From: Candidatus Woesearchaeota archaeon
GTDB taxonomy: Archaea > Nanobdellota > Nanobdellia > SCGC-AAA011-G17 > GW2011-AR20
Direction of reading: 5' to 3'
Assembly (NCBI GenBank): GCA_016181245.1
Contig: JACOZR010000022.1
Coordinates: forward strand, 1 to 44,872
DNA: 44,872 bases
The first letter of the stretch is position 1, and each line of letters starts with the position of its first letter. Under the pieces are notes generated by a model. The model was not told the DNA's origin and ran no database searches. It saw nothing but the letters and a program-made list of their open reading frames with translations. A program made the translations under genes and the position numbers. Positions 1-9,880 of the stretch are shown in pieces.

Positions 1-184
1 ATTGCATGCTTTCCCTTCTCTTCGAAAAACATATCTCCGAAGAGGGCATTTCTGGAGTGCTGGAAAATTTTACAGGTCAGTAGGTAATGTTACTGCTGAT
101 ACGATCCAGCATTACATCCAGCAAAGCCAACATGGCTGGAATTTTGAACATCAGGCAACTCTTTGAGTAAGCCCTCATCAGACA

Positions 185-204
185 CCTCGACCTTTAGGTC
201 GAGG
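185..204. repeat. GC-rich perfect hairpin CCTCGACC-TTTA-GGTCGAGG
   Basis: 8-bp inverted repeat read directly. It lies in the non-coding lead-in about 20 nt after a short partial ORF ending at 164-166. Confidence 0.5.
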
Positions 205-405
205 AGTATCATTTGAAACCTACGATATAACATTTTTTAAAGATTTATGTAGTGTAACATTTTCGTGCAACTATCATTTATTCTTTGTAATGCAAAATCT
301 TCGAGATATAAACTCTAAATAGAAATGTTTATATAGTAGTTAGTTGTTTACTTTAAATCAACATAGGCTTACTATAAAAGCTTTTTGAAAAAGGGGGAGA
401 AATAA

Positions 406-747
406 ATGGCTGAAAAACAAAATATCAATGTGAACTTAGACCACTCAAATCATGCATTTTTTGCAGATGGAATATCTTTGTTTAATCGAAGTGATAAGTT
501 TTTTGTGGATTTTAGACAAACAAGTCCAAGAATAGATGTTATTGGAGATAAACAGCATCATACTCATGCAGTAAAACATAGTACAATAGCTTTAGACCCT
601 ATGATGGGGAAAGCTTTACTTGAATTATTAAAAGACAGCGTTTCAAAATATGAAAAACAATTTGGTAAAATAAAAGTGCCAAAACAGAAATTTTTGAAGG
701 AGGAACCTGTTGAACAAGTTTCAGTAGATAAAAGTTACATAGGATAA
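406..747 (+). CDS. DUF3467-like small protein, first gene of the grpE-dnaK operon
   Basis: 113-aa ORF with a GGGGGAG ribosome-binding-like run just upstream. The pattern FFVDFRQ...IALDP..GKALLELL...KYE resembles DUF3467. Its stop forms a TAAAATG junction with grpE. Confidence 0.55.
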   Translation: MAEKQNINVNLDHSNHAFFADGISLFNRSDKFFVDFRQTSPRIDVIGDKQHHTHAVKHSTIALDPMMGKALLELLKDSVSKYEKQFGKIKVPKQKFLKEEPVEQVSVDKSYIG

Positions 748-748
748 A

Positions 749-1264
749 ATGAAGAAAGAAAATAATGAGCAAAATGAGCAAATTGTAGAAGAAAATTTAG
801 ATTTACCTTTAGAAGAAAGTAATGAGAAAGATAAGTCTCAAGAATATTTAGACATGCTTCAGAGGTTGAAAGCGGAATTTGAAAACTATATGAAGAGAAA
901 TGAAGAAGAAAGAAAAGAATTTGTAAAATATGCTAAGCATGATTTGATTTTGAAATTACTAAGTATAAAAGATGACTTTGAGAGAGCATTAGAATCTGAA
1001 AAAGAAAGTGAAGAATTTGCAAAAGGGGTTGAAATGATTTTCAAGCAGTTACATAAAACTTTAGAAGAGGAAGGAGTAAAGCCAATAAAATCTTTAGGAG
1101 AAAAATTTGATCCTTACAAACACGATGTTATTGGAAAAGTAGAACATGATAAGCATGAAGATGTAATTGTTGAAGAAATAAAAAAAGGGTATATGCTTAA
1201 AGATAAAATTTTGAGGCCGAGCTTAGTTAAAGTAAGCAAGCTCAAGGAGGATAAAAATGAGTAA
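749..1264 (+). CDS. grpE: nucleotide exchange factor GrpE
   Basis: 171 aa with a coiled-coil N-terminus and the C-terminal GrpE pattern [11 protein letters not shown]...[16 protein letters not shown]. It overlaps the dnaK start by 8 nt. Confidence 0.9.
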   Translation: MKKENNEQNEQIVEENLDLPLEESNEKDKSQEYLDMLQRLKAEFENYMKRNEEERKEFVKYAKHDLILKLLSIKDDFERALESEKESEEFAKGVEMIFKQLHKTLEEEGVKPIKSLGEKFDPYKHDVIGKVEHDKHEDVIVEEIKKGYMLKDKILRPSLVKVSKLKEDKNE

Positions 1265-3095
1265 AATAATTGGAATAGATTTAGGAACTTCGAATTCAGC
1301 AGCTTCTGTGCTACAAGGGGGAAGACCAGTAATGATCCCTAGTAGTGAGGGAGCTTCATTATATGGAAAAGCATTTCCCTCAGTTGTTGCTTTTACTAAA
1401 GATGGGAAAATGTTTGTTGGAGAACCAGCAAGAAGACAAGCAGTTAGCAATCCAGATGGAACAGTAATGGCTGCTAAGAGAAAGATGGGTTCTACATTTA
1501 AATATGATATTCATGGCAAAAGTTATACACCACAGCAAATTTCTGCTTTTATTTTACAAAAAATAAAGAGAGATGCTGAAGCTTTTTTAGGAGATAAAGT
1601 CGAAAAGGCGGTTATTACAGTACCAGCTTATTTTGATGATGATCAGAGACAGGCTACTAAGGATGCAGGAACAATTGCAGGTTTAGAAGTTGTGAGAATT
1701 GTGAATGAGCCAACTGCGGCTTCATTGGCTTATGGTTTGGATAAGAAAAATAAAGATGCTAAAATCCTAGTATTTGATTTAGGCGGGGGAACTTTAGATG
1801 TTACCATTATGGAATTTGGTGGAGGAGTATTTGAAGTTAAATCTACATCAGGAGATACAAGTTTAGGTGGAACTGATATGGATCAGGCAATAATGAATTT
1901 TATTCTTAAAGAATTTGAAAAAGAATCAGGAGTTGATTTAAGTGATGATTCAACAGCTATACAGAGAATAAGGGAAGCTGCTGAGAAAGCAAAAATAGAA
2001 TTGTCCACAGTAATTGAAACTGATATTAACTTGCCTTTCATTACTGCAACTGATAAAGGACCTAAGCACTTAACAATGAAGTTGACAAGAGCTCAATTGG
2101 AAAAGTTAATTGATCCTTTAGTGCAGAGATGTAAAAAACCAGTTGAACAAGCTTTGAAAGATGCAAACTTAAAAAGAGAAGAAGTAGATGAAATAATTTT
2201 AGTCGGCGGGCCTACAAGAATGCCTGTTGTTAAACAATTTGTTGAAAAGTTGTTAGACAAAAAAGCAGAAGGCGGAGTTGATCCGATGGAATGCGTTGCT
2301 ATTGGGGCAGCTATTCAAGCAGGAGTTTTAGCTGGAGATGTTAAGGATGTTTTGTTATTAGATGTTACTCCATTAACATTGGGTATTGAAACTTTAGGCG
2401 GTATAAGAACTGCTTTGATTCAGAGAAATACTACAATTCCAACTAAAAGAGCTCAAGTATTTTCAACTGCAGCAGATAATCAACCTAGTGTTGAGATTAA
2501 TGTTTTGCAGGGAGAAAGAGAAATGGCTATTGATAACAAAAGCTTGGGAAGATTCATTTTAACAGGAATACCTCCTGCTCCAAGAGGCATACCTCAAGTA
2601 GAAGTTACTTTTGATATTGATGCAAATGGTATCATTAGTGTTTCTGCTAAAGATTTGGGAACTAAGAAAGAGCAGAGTATTAAGATTTCAGGAAGTTTGA
2701 AACTAGATGAAAAAGAAATTGAGAAAATGAAGAAGGAAGCTGAAGAATTTGCTGAAGAAGATAAGAAAAGAAAAGAATTGATTGAAATTAAAAATCAGGC
2801 AGATTCTGTTGTTTACTCAACTGAACAAATGTTATCTGAATATGGTGATAAAGTTGACAAGGATACAAGAGAAAAAGTTCAGAAAGAAATAAATGAAATT
2901 AAGGAAGTTTTAAAAACAGATGATGCAGCAAAAATTAAAAAGAAACTTGAAGAAGCTAACAAAGTGATACAAGAAATTGGTATGAAAATGTATCAGGAAG
3001 CAGCTAAAACTTCTCAGGAAGTAAAAGAAGACAAGAAAGAAGATGATACAATAGATGCTGAGGTTATAGATGATGAGGATAAATCCAATAAATGA
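1257..3095 (+). CDS. dnaK: Hsp70 chaperone DnaK
   Basis: 612 aa with the Hsp70 signatures [21 protein letters not shown] and [10 protein letters not shown]. Confidence 0.97.
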   Translation: MSKIIGIDLGTSNSAASVLQGGRPVMIPSSEGASLYGKAFPSVVAFTKDGKMFVGEPARRQAVSNPDGTVMAAKRKMGSTFKYDIHGKSYTPQQISAFILQKIKRDAEAFLGDKVEKAVITVPAYFDDDQRQATKDAGTIAGLEVVRIVNEPTAASLAYGLDKKNKDAKILVFDLGGGTLDVTIMEFGGGVFEVKSTSGDTSLGGTDMDQAIMNFILKEFEKESGVDLSDDSTAIQRIREAAEKAKIELSTVIETDINLPFITATDKGPKHLTMKLTRAQLEKLIDPLVQRCKKPVEQALKDANLKREEVDEIILVGGPTRMPVVKQFVEKLLDKKAEGGVDPMECVAIGAAIQAGVLAGDVKDVLLLDVTPLTLGIETLGGIRTALIQRNTTIPTKRAQVFSTAADNQPSVEINVLQGEREMAIDNKSLGRFILTGIPPAPRGIPQVEVTFDIDANGIISVSAKDLGTKKEQSIKISGSLKLDEKEIEKMKKEAEEFAEEDKKRKELIEIKNQADSVVYSTEQMLSEYGDKVDKDTREKVQKEINEIKEVLKTDDAAKIKKKLEEANKVIQEIGMKMYQEAAKTSQEVKEDKKEDDTIDAEVIDDEDKSNK

Positions 3096-3399
3096 GCAAC
3101 TAAATCCAACGCTAGAAAAATTGGTCTTAGTTGTTGTTAGTGATGCTTTGTCTATGACTAAACCAAGAAACTTTGTTAAAAGACTTTTGATTGCTGTTGA
3201 TCGCGCTATTAATGCTTATGCTGCTGATTTGGAATATGAAGAAAGTATATATGGAATCCCTATTGAGATGAAATGGATTTATAACCCCTTTGCATCTGGA
3301 AAAGAGCTTAGAGTTATGAGTGCTAGACACCACTTGACAAATTATGTGCACAAATATATAGAAGAAAATTTTCCAGAATATTCAGAACAAGTATTATAA
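3070..3399 (+). CDS. hypothetical protein inserted between dnaK and dnaJ
   Basis: 109-aa ORF whose first 26 nt overlap the dnaK 3' end. The real start is more likely TTG 3121 or ATG 3154 (MTKPRNF...). No domain recognised. Confidence 0.45.
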   Translation: MMRINPINEQLNPTLEKLVLVVVSDALSMTKPRNFVKRLLIAVDRAINAYAADLEYEESIYGIPIEMKWIYNPFASGKELRVMSARHHLTNYVHKYIEENFPEYSEQVL

Positions 3400-3428
3400 A
3401 CTAAAGTTAAAAAGGGAATACACAAACC

Positions 3429-3818
3429 ATGGCAAGAATATTATTTTGTGATGATGATGAGAATACTAGGCACGTTTTTACTGAGATGTGTACCGAATTG
3501 GGGCAGCTATGTGATGTGGCTGAAACGGATGATGAGGCTATGGTATTTGCTCGAAGAATGAAGCATGATTTAGTTATAATTGATCTTGGTAATGTGCATT
3601 GTGATACTTATGATCTTTGTAGAGAGATAAGAGGATTACTGCCGTTTTCTGTTATTATTTTAACTAGTGGATATATGCAGGAATATAGAAGAGAGGTTAT
3701 TGAACAGCTTCCTGAAAAAACATTTAATGGATTAATTGCCAAAAGTGAGTTAGTAAAAATTTATCCCCATTGGAGATCTGGGTTAAGTAATCTTTTACAA
3801 AAGTACGGTTTAACATGA
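3429..3818 (+). CDS. single-domain CheY-like response-regulator receiver
   Basis: 129 aa with receiver landmarks in order: acidic cluster ILFCDDDE, phospho-acceptor position [13 protein letters not shown] (Thr) and LIAKS (Lys). Its stop overlaps the dnaJ start (ATGA). Confidence 0.6.
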   Translation: MARILFCDDDENTRHVFTEMCTELGQLCDVAETDDEAMVFARRMKHDLVIIDLGNVHCDTYDLCREIRGLLPFSVIILTSGYMQEYRREVIEQLPEKTFNGLIAKSELVKIYPHWRSGLSNLLQKYGLT

Positions 3819-4912
3819 CAACTAAAAGAGATTATTATGAAATTTTGGGAGTAAGTAAAACAACTAGCAAGGAAGATATTAAAAAAGCCTATAAAAGATT
3901 AGCATTAGAGCATCATCCTGACAAGGGAGGGGATGCTGAAAAATTTAAAGAAATTTCTGAAGCTTATGCTGTATTAAGTGATGATACGAAAAAGCAGCAA
4001 TATGATCAATTTGGTCATGCAGGATTTGATCAAAGATATTCTCAAGAAGATATTTTCAGGAATGTAAATTTTGATGATATTTTCGGTGAGGTTTTTGGAA
4101 GAAGAGGGGATATTTTTGATATGTTTTTTGGGGGAAACAGGGAAAGGAGAGGTAATGATTTAAGATACGATCTAGATATAAGTTTTGAAGATGCTGCTTT
4201 TGGTGTTGAGAAGAAAATCAAGATTCCAAGACTTATTAATTGTGATAGTTGTGATGGAACTGGTGCGGATAAGGGGCATTTGATAAAATGCGGATATTGC
4301 AACGGGACTGGACAAACAAGGAAAACAACTAAAACTCCTTTTGGTATTTTTAGCCATGTTGCTACATGTAGGGAATGTGAGGGATATGGGGAAATTGCTA
4401 AGTCTAAATGTAAAGAATGTAATGGCACTGGTTTAATAGAAGATGATAAAACTTTGAATATTAAGATTCCTGCTGGTGTTGAAAATGGAAATAGGATAAG
4501 AGTTACAAATGCGGGAGAGGCAATCAAAAATGGAAAATCTGGAGATCTTTATATTTATCTAACTGTTAAACCACATGAAATTTTTGAGAGAAAAGGAAGT
4601 GATATTTATTTGCAAATGCCTTTAAGCTTTAGCCAGGCTGCTTTAGGGGATGAAATTAAAGTTCCAACATTAGAAGGAAGTGTTAAAATGAATATACCTG
4701 CTGGGACACAAACAGGAACTACTTTTAGATTAAGAGATAAGGGAGTTGAAACTTCAAGAGGACAAGGAGATCAGTATGTTAATGTGATAGTTAAGACTCC
4801 TACTAAACTTAATGTAAAGCAAAAAAAATTGTTAAAAGAATTTGCAGCAGAAAACAAAGAAACTTTAAAGATAGAAAAGGGCTTTTTTGAAAAGATTATT
4901 GAAGGATTTTAA
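3815..4912 (+). CDS. dnaJ: Hsp40 co-chaperone DnaJ
   Basis: 365 aa with a J domain (DYYEILGV...HHPDK), a G/F-rich linker, and four CxxCxGxG zinc-finger repeats. Confidence 0.96.
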   Translation: MTTKRDYYEILGVSKTTSKEDIKKAYKRLALEHHPDKGGDAEKFKEISEAYAVLSDDTKKQQYDQFGHAGFDQRYSQEDIFRNVNFDDIFGEVFGRRGDIFDMFFGGNRERRGNDLRYDLDISFEDAAFGVEKKIKIPRLINCDSCDGTGADKGHLIKCGYCNGTGQTRKTTKTPFGIFSHVATCRECEGYGEIAKSKCKECNGTGLIEDDKTLNIKIPAGVENGNRIRVTNAGEAIKNGKSGDLYIYLTVKPHEIFERKGSDIYLQMPLSFSQAALGDEIKVPTLEGSVKMNIPAGTQTGTTFRLRDKGVETSRGQGDQYVNVIVKTPTKLNVKQKKLLKEFAAENKETLKIEKGFFEKIIEGF

Positions 4913-5058
4913 GATTCTTCTTCTCCTTCATAACCTTCCATGAAACCAGCTTCCCAGTCTTCTATTTCATCATCGTTTAACTGAGATTCTCTTCCTTCTT
5001 CAGTGTAAACATCTTCTTGCTGTGCTAATTCGTCTTCATAATTCTTTCTTCTTTTCAT
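4909..5058 (-). CDS. small acidic protein (49 aa), below the ORF-track cut-off
   Basis: My minus-strand translation is [57 protein letters not shown] sits 4 nt upstream of the ATG. It fills an otherwise empty 220-nt gap and overlaps the dnaJ stop by 4 nt. Confidence 0.45.
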   Translation of the reverse strand: MKRRKNYEDELAQQEDVYTEEGRESQLNDDEIEDWEAGFMEGYEGEEES

Positions 5059-5086
5059 ATAACACCACCTATTTTTTTGAACAACC

Positions 5087-5106
5087 GTTAACTATATATA
5101 GTTAAC
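5087..5106. promoter_or_regulatory. perfect 20-bp palindrome GTTAACTATA/TATAGTTAAC upstream of the AbrB-PhoU gene
   Basis: Read directly. It ends 30 nt before the ATG at 5136 and is a candidate operator. Confidence 0.4.
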
Positions 5107-5107
5107 C

Positions 5108-5135
5108 TATATATTAGATATAAAGTATATATACT
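5108..5135 (+). promoter_or_regulatory. TA-rich promoter/operator motif shared with 29036-29061
   Basis: TATATATTAG-a-TATAAA-g-TATATATACT abuts the ATG, so the mRNA is probably leaderless. The same 10+6+10 nt blocks recur upstream of the paralogous gene at 29102. Confidence 0.35.
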
Positions 5136-6089
5136 ATGGAAAAATTCAGAAAAATCATTAAATTTGGAACCTCATCTCTTATACTATCTTTACCTATTGA
5201 TTGGACTAAAAAAAATAAACTTGGAAAGGGAGATCTTCTCTCTATTTCTGAAAATGTTAATAATGAACTTGTTTTAAGTGTTCCATCTAAAAACAGGTCT
5301 GAACAAAGAAAAGAAATTGTTATTAATACTGAGAACAAGGATTTAACTAGAATTAAAAGAGAAATTGTTTCCTCTTACATTAATAACTATGGTATTATAA
5401 GAATTAAAGGAAAACTTTCTGCAAATTTTATTAAAGAGATTAAAAATATAATAACAGGATTAACTGCTTTAGAGGTAGTAGAACATAATGCTGATTCTTT
5501 AGTTGCTAAAGACTTTTTAGATATAGGAGAGATAACTTTTCAAGAAATATTAAGGAAAATGGATACTATAACGAGATCTATGATCGTTGATTTGAAAAAT
5601 ATATCCAAAGAAGATACTTCTCAGGCTATCCTTGAAAGAGATGAAGAAGTAAATAGGATGGTTTATTTGATTATAAGGACTATGAGATTTACTTTAGATA
5701 CTCCGAGTTTATCTCATAAAGAAAATAGAATAAGCATGGGGAATATTTTAAATGTGTGGGATGTTGCATTGACTGTCGAAGGTATTGCAGATGATATAAA
5801 AAGAACAGCAAGAGAATTTTCAAAAATGAGCACTTCTTTGCAAACTAAGAAAGAACTTTTAAAGGTTTTGGAGGAAATTGAGACTTTTTATTGGGAAACT
5901 ATGAAAGCGTATTATACTAATGATGTAGAATTGGCCTTTAGACTTTCTTTAAATAAATCAAATCTTTCTAAGAAGTGCAATGAATTGCATGAAAAAGTGT
6001 GGAATGTCAGGTATGCTCCTATTATTTTAGAAAACTTTAAAAGTATAGTTTCTTCAATTCATAATCTTGGAAGAAGAGTTTACAGTTAA
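5136..6089 (+). CDS. AbrB/SpoVT-domain plus PhoU-like regulator
   Basis: 317 aa. The N-terminus KFGTSSLILSLPIDWTKKNKLGKGDLL is a swapped-hairpin AbrB-type pattern, followed by a helical PhoU-like region. It is paralogous to 29102-29980. Confidence 0.7.
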   Translation: MEKFRKIIKFGTSSLILSLPIDWTKKNKLGKGDLLSISENVNNELVLSVPSKNRSEQRKEIVINTENKDLTRIKREIVSSYINNYGIIRIKGKLSANFIKEIKNIITGLTALEVVEHNADSLVAKDFLDIGEITFQEILRKMDTITRSMIVDLKNISKEDTSQAILERDEEVNRMVYLIIRTMRFTLDTPSLSHKENRISMGNILNVWDVALTVEGIADDIKRTAREFSKMSTSLQTKKELLKVLEEIETFYWETMKAYYTNDVELAFRLSLNKSNLSKKCNELHEKVWNVRYAPIILENFKSIVSSIHNLGRRVYS

Positions 6090-6136
6090 AACAAACTTTT
6101 TTAAGCTTTGCTACAGAATATTGAATTAGGATTAAT

Positions 6137-7624
6137 ATGACCCAACTTAGTTCTATTGGTACTGTATCTACTCAAGGTAGTGTGAACCATAATTCAAATG
6201 GATTGGAGAGCACTGCTTTGCTATATACGCCTTCTGTTGAATACTATAGGGAAATCCTTGCAAGAGATTATGTTATAGAACAACTTGCTAGAAGAGGTTA
6301 TGATTTTAACATTGATGATATCGCTAGTGAGCAATCTGCTGATCTGGGAATTGGGGGGACACTTAATCGAAGAACGCACCTTAAAAAAGTTGTACTAAGA
6401 GATGCTGCACAAAATACACTTCCTTTAAGAATATTTCTTAAGATAGCTTCAGAAATTAATTTGGGAACTGACGCTTCTTTAGCAAATAGGCATCATGAAT
6501 TGTCTGATAGCATGTTATACCAGTATGAGCAAATGCGCCTTTGGAATAGCCTTGGTCTTCCAACTCCAATTGTTTTTGGTTTAGATACTGTTAATCATCA
6601 GAGAGTTACTTACTATCAATTAGCAATGGAGAGTTGGGATGGATCTACACACGACTTGAATCTACTAGCACTTAGGGAATTAGGCAATAGGATAAGGGGG
6701 TCTAGGAAAACTTATGGTCCTGATGAACAAGCTGCTTATTTAAGGCAGCTTGATGAAGAAAAAAGTTTTATCGTTAATTCTAGCCTTAATACAGTTAGGG
6801 CATTTCATATTATTGGCACTGAAGGACTTAGAAACTTAACAAAACTTCCTACACTGGGCATCTTTTGTCATGATGACGTAGAAGAATACTTTTTAAGAAA
6901 AAGAGCAATAAACTATGCTTCTCAGTTTTATAGATATACTCATAACATGGAGAAGGACGAATCTGTTCCTCGTTTATTCTTGGAAAAAACAGTTGCTTCA
7001 CTTGTTCATCTTGTTGAACCTTTTAGAGATGAATCTAGATATGTTTATGCACAAGGTGATGAATACCCTCAACATTTTCAATTTTTTTCTGGATTTAATG
7101 GGAATAGATTAAGTGGAATATTTGATGCAGATCATGCTATGATGACTATACCTGTATATTCTTATGCAAAACTGTTAACATCTTCTCTTCTCAATCTTAC
7201 TTTCGAAGAAGAACTTTCTTATTTATCGCAGGTTTTCTCTTTTGAACATCCGTGCTCAGGAGGGATATACCCTAGTCATCTTTTTGGTAACCTAGACATG
7301 ATTCAGAGAGATTATGTTCTTACTTCATTATTAACTCGTTTTTTTAATTTGGGGAAAAAAGCAGCTGATACATATGTGCACCCACAACATCATCTTAGAT
7401 ATGAAAGTGGAATTTCTTATTCTCCCGGCAGAACAAGATTCCCTATTAGGGATTTAATTCCTGTTTCTGTAAGCTATCCTAGTGCGGATTACGAAATTGA
7501 GACCCAAAAGAAGGCTCTTGAAACTCGTTTAGAAATTTATGAGCCCTTAGAATTTCTTAACCGCCAAGATTTAAGGGCTATTTCTGAATTTAAGAGGTAT
7601 CTTACTAATAATAACCTTTTATAA
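6137..7624 (+). CDS. hypothetical protein, possibly a degenerate kinase-like (APH/choline-kinase) fold
   Basis: 495 aa. The segment YAQGDEYPQHFQF...LSGIFDADHAMM lines up with the HGDxxxxN...IDxxD catalytic and Mg-binding loops of aminoglycoside-phosphotransferase-like kinases, with Q in place of H. Confidence 0.3.
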   Translation: MTQLSSIGTVSTQGSVNHNSNGLESTALLYTPSVEYYREILARDYVIEQLARRGYDFNIDDIASEQSADLGIGGTLNRRTHLKKVVLRDAAQNTLPLRIFLKIASEINLGTDASLANRHHELSDSMLYQYEQMRLWNSLGLPTPIVFGLDTVNHQRVTYYQLAMESWDGSTHDLNLLALRELGNRIRGSRKTYGPDEQAAYLRQLDEEKSFIVNSSLNTVRAFHIIGTEGLRNLTKLPTLGIFCHDDVEEYFLRKRAINYASQFYRYTHNMEKDESVPRLFLEKTVASLVHLVEPFRDESRYVYAQGDEYPQHFQFFSGFNGNRLSGIFDADHAMMTIPVYSYAKLLTSSLLNLTFEEELSYLSQVFSFEHPCSGGIYPSHLFGNLDMIQRDYVLTSLLTRFFNLGKKAADTYVHPQHHLRYESGISYSPGRTRFPIRDLIPVSVSYPSADYEIETQKKALETRLEIYEPLEFLNRQDLRAISEFKRYLTNNNLL

Positions 7625-7722
7625 TTTTTACTACTTACTAATAATAAAGTTTATAAAGCCCCTTTTCTTATGTGTTTTAACAGAAGTCTTAAAAATGAAA
7701 ATGGAAATAATCTTTCAGGAAC

Positions 7723-9438
7723 ATGACACAAACAAGATCTCTAATATGTCTACTTACAGGCCATGTAGACCATGGAAAGTCTCAGATAATTGAGACTATA
7801 TCAAAAAAAAAGATTTTAAATAAAGAAGCGGGAAGGATTACCCAGAAAATAAGTGCTGTTAAAGTTGACATAAATGATATTAATTCTTTAGCAGGAAGAC
7901 TATTAAAAAATTTAAAGATAAAAATCAAGATTCCTGGGTTTTTGTTTATTGATAGCCCGGGGCATGCTGCTTTTACAAACTTAAGAAAAAGAGGGGGAAA
8001 TTTAGCTGATATTGCCATATTAGTAGTTGATGCAAATGAGGGAATATTAGCTCAAACTCAAGAAGCTATTGAAATATTAAAGAAATGCAAGACTCCTTTT
8101 ATAATTGCCTTAAATAAAATTGATTTGGTTTCAGGATGGAGGCAAAATGTTGGAAAGGATATTTTAACAAATATTAATTCTCAATCTGAAACAACTAGAG
8201 ATCTATTAGATAATAAGTTGTATACTCTTGTTGGAAAATTATATGAACTCGGATTTAATGCTGAAAGATTTGACAGAGTAAGTGATTATACAAAGCAGGT
8301 TGCTATTGTTCCTATTTCTGCCAAGACTACTGAAGGATTGCAAGAATTATTAGCTGTTTTAGTGGGTTTAGCACAAAAATATTTAGAAAATGAATTGAAT
8401 GTTGAACTTTCTAAAGGAGGTAAAGGTGTTGTTTTAGAAGTTAGGGAAGATAAAGGTTTAGGAACCGTTTTAGATGTGGTTTTGTATGATGGCAAGATTT
8501 CTGTTAATGATGAATTTGTTATTGGAGGAATTGAAAATCCAATTGTTACTAAAGTAAGAAATATATTTGAAATGAAAAAACCAGTTGAGCATGTAGAAGC
8601 TGCTGCTAATATAACTTTAATTGCTCCAAATGTTGAGGAAGTTTGTGCTGGAATGCCTTTAGCCGTTGTTGACAAATTAAATGATGTAAATAAATTAAAA
8701 AAAGAAGTTCAAGAGCAAGTTGAGGAAGTTGTTATTGAGACTGGGAAAGAGGGTATTGTTGTTAAAGCAGATAGTTTAGGAAGCTTAGAGGCTTTAGTTT
8801 GCTTGCTTAAAGATAAAAAGATTCCAATCAAAAGAGCTAGTGTTGGGGAAATTTGCAAAGGAGATATTGCAGTAGCTGAATCGCAAAAAGATGAGATTAA
8901 CAGAGTGATTGTTGGATTTAATATTAAAGATGTAAAGGAAAATGTTCAAGTTATAACCTCTGATGTTATTTATACAATTATTGAGAAATTTGAGAAATGG
9001 AGAGAGTATACTAAGAAAGACTTAGAAACTAAGAAGTTAGATAGATTAACAAGGCCTTGCAAAGTTTATATTATTCCTAATTTTGTTTTTAGACAGAGCA
9101 ATCCTGCTGTTGTTGGCGTTGAAATCTTAAAGGGAACATTAAAAACAACTATGCCTTTAATGAATGGAACTGGAAAAAGAATAACTGAAGTGAAAAGCAT
9201 TCAGGAAGAGGGAAAAAATGTTAATGAAGTTTGCAAGGGAAAACAAGTTGCTGTTTCTCTGCCTGGAGTTATAGTTGGAAGGCAGGTAATTGAAGGACAA
9301 GTTTTAGTTTCTGATCTTAATGAAGAAGAATTTAGAAGATTAAAAGAGATGAAGACTTTTTTAACTCCTGATGAAATTGAATTATTAAAGGAAATTGCTG
9401 AGTCTAAAAGGAAAAATAATCCTATGTGGGGAGTTTAA
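7723..9438 (+). CDS. infB: translation initiation factor aIF5B (IF2-type GTPase)
   Basis: 571 aa with an uninterrupted GHVDHGKS, plus DSPGHAAF and NKID. The domain order is typical of aIF5B. Confidence 0.93.
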   Translation: MTQTRSLICLLTGHVDHGKSQIIETISKKKILNKEAGRITQKISAVKVDINDINSLAGRLLKNLKIKIKIPGFLFIDSPGHAAFTNLRKRGGNLADIAILVVDANEGILAQTQEAIEILKKCKTPFIIALNKIDLVSGWRQNVGKDILTNINSQSETTRDLLDNKLYTLVGKLYELGFNAERFDRVSDYTKQVAIVPISAKTTEGLQELLAVLVGLAQKYLENELNVELSKGGKGVVLEVREDKGLGTVLDVVLYDGKISVNDEFVIGGIENPIVTKVRNIFEMKKPVEHVEAAANITLIAPNVEEVCAGMPLAVVDKLNDVNKLKKEVQEQVEEVVIETGKEGIVVKADSLGSLEALVCLLKDKKIPIKRASVGEICKGDIAVAESQKDEINRVIVGFNIKDVKENVQVITSDVIYTIIEKFEKWREYTKKDLETKKLDRLTRPCKVYIIPNFVFRQSNPAVVGVEILKGTLKTTMPLMNGTGKRITEVKSIQEEGKNVNEVCKGKQVAVSLPGVIVGRQVIEGQVLVSDLNEEEFRRLKEMKTFLTPDEIELLKEIAESKRKNNPMWGV

Positions 9439-9473
9439 GAAAACTTTAAAAAGGGTTTTCATTAAGGATTGAT

Positions 9474-9878
9474 ATGGCAGAATTTAAGATTGTTGTAGGA
9501 AATAAAGGCAAATGCTATAGCAAGGCTTTAAATGAGAATGAAAGTTCTGCTTTTTTAAATAAAAAAATGGGTGAAAAGATTGAAGGCAATTCTTTTGGTT
9601 TTTCTGGATATGAGATGGAAATAACTGGTGGAAGTGATAAGGCTGGGTTTCCTATGAGACATGACTTATCTGGGATTCATAGAAAAAAAATTCTTTCTGT
9701 TAAGGGGCAAGGACTAAATGTTAAAGGAAAAGGCATTAGAAAAAGAAAAACTGTTGTTGGAAATACTATAGGATTACATATTGCTCAGGTTAATCTTAAA
9801 GTTGTTAAAGAAGGAAAAGATTCTTTAGCTAAAATTTTAGGCAAAGAAGAAAAAGTTGAAGAGAAAAAAGAAGAATAA
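9474..9878 (+). CDS. rps6e: ribosomal protein S6e
   Basis: 134 aa with MAEFKIVVGNKGKCY...GFPMRHDL...KRKTV and a Lys/Glu tail. Confidence 0.9.
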   Translation: MAEFKIVVGNKGKCYSKALNENESSAFLNKKMGEKIEGNSFGFSGYEMEITGGSDKAGFPMRHDLSGIHRKKILSVKGQGLNVKGKGIRKRKTVVGNTIGLHIAQVNLKVVKEGKDSLAKILGKEEKVEEKKEE

Positions 9879-9880
9879 AC

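Noticed and set aside
2-166. A partial ORF entering from the left edge (LHAFPSLRKTYLRRGHFWSAGKFYRSVGNVTADTIQHYIQQSQHGWNFEHQATL) and a 40-aa minus-strand ORF starting at about 212.
   Set aside because: Both are too short and lack any recognisable motif, so neither can be called as a gene. They are noted only because the hairpin at 185-204 follows the first.
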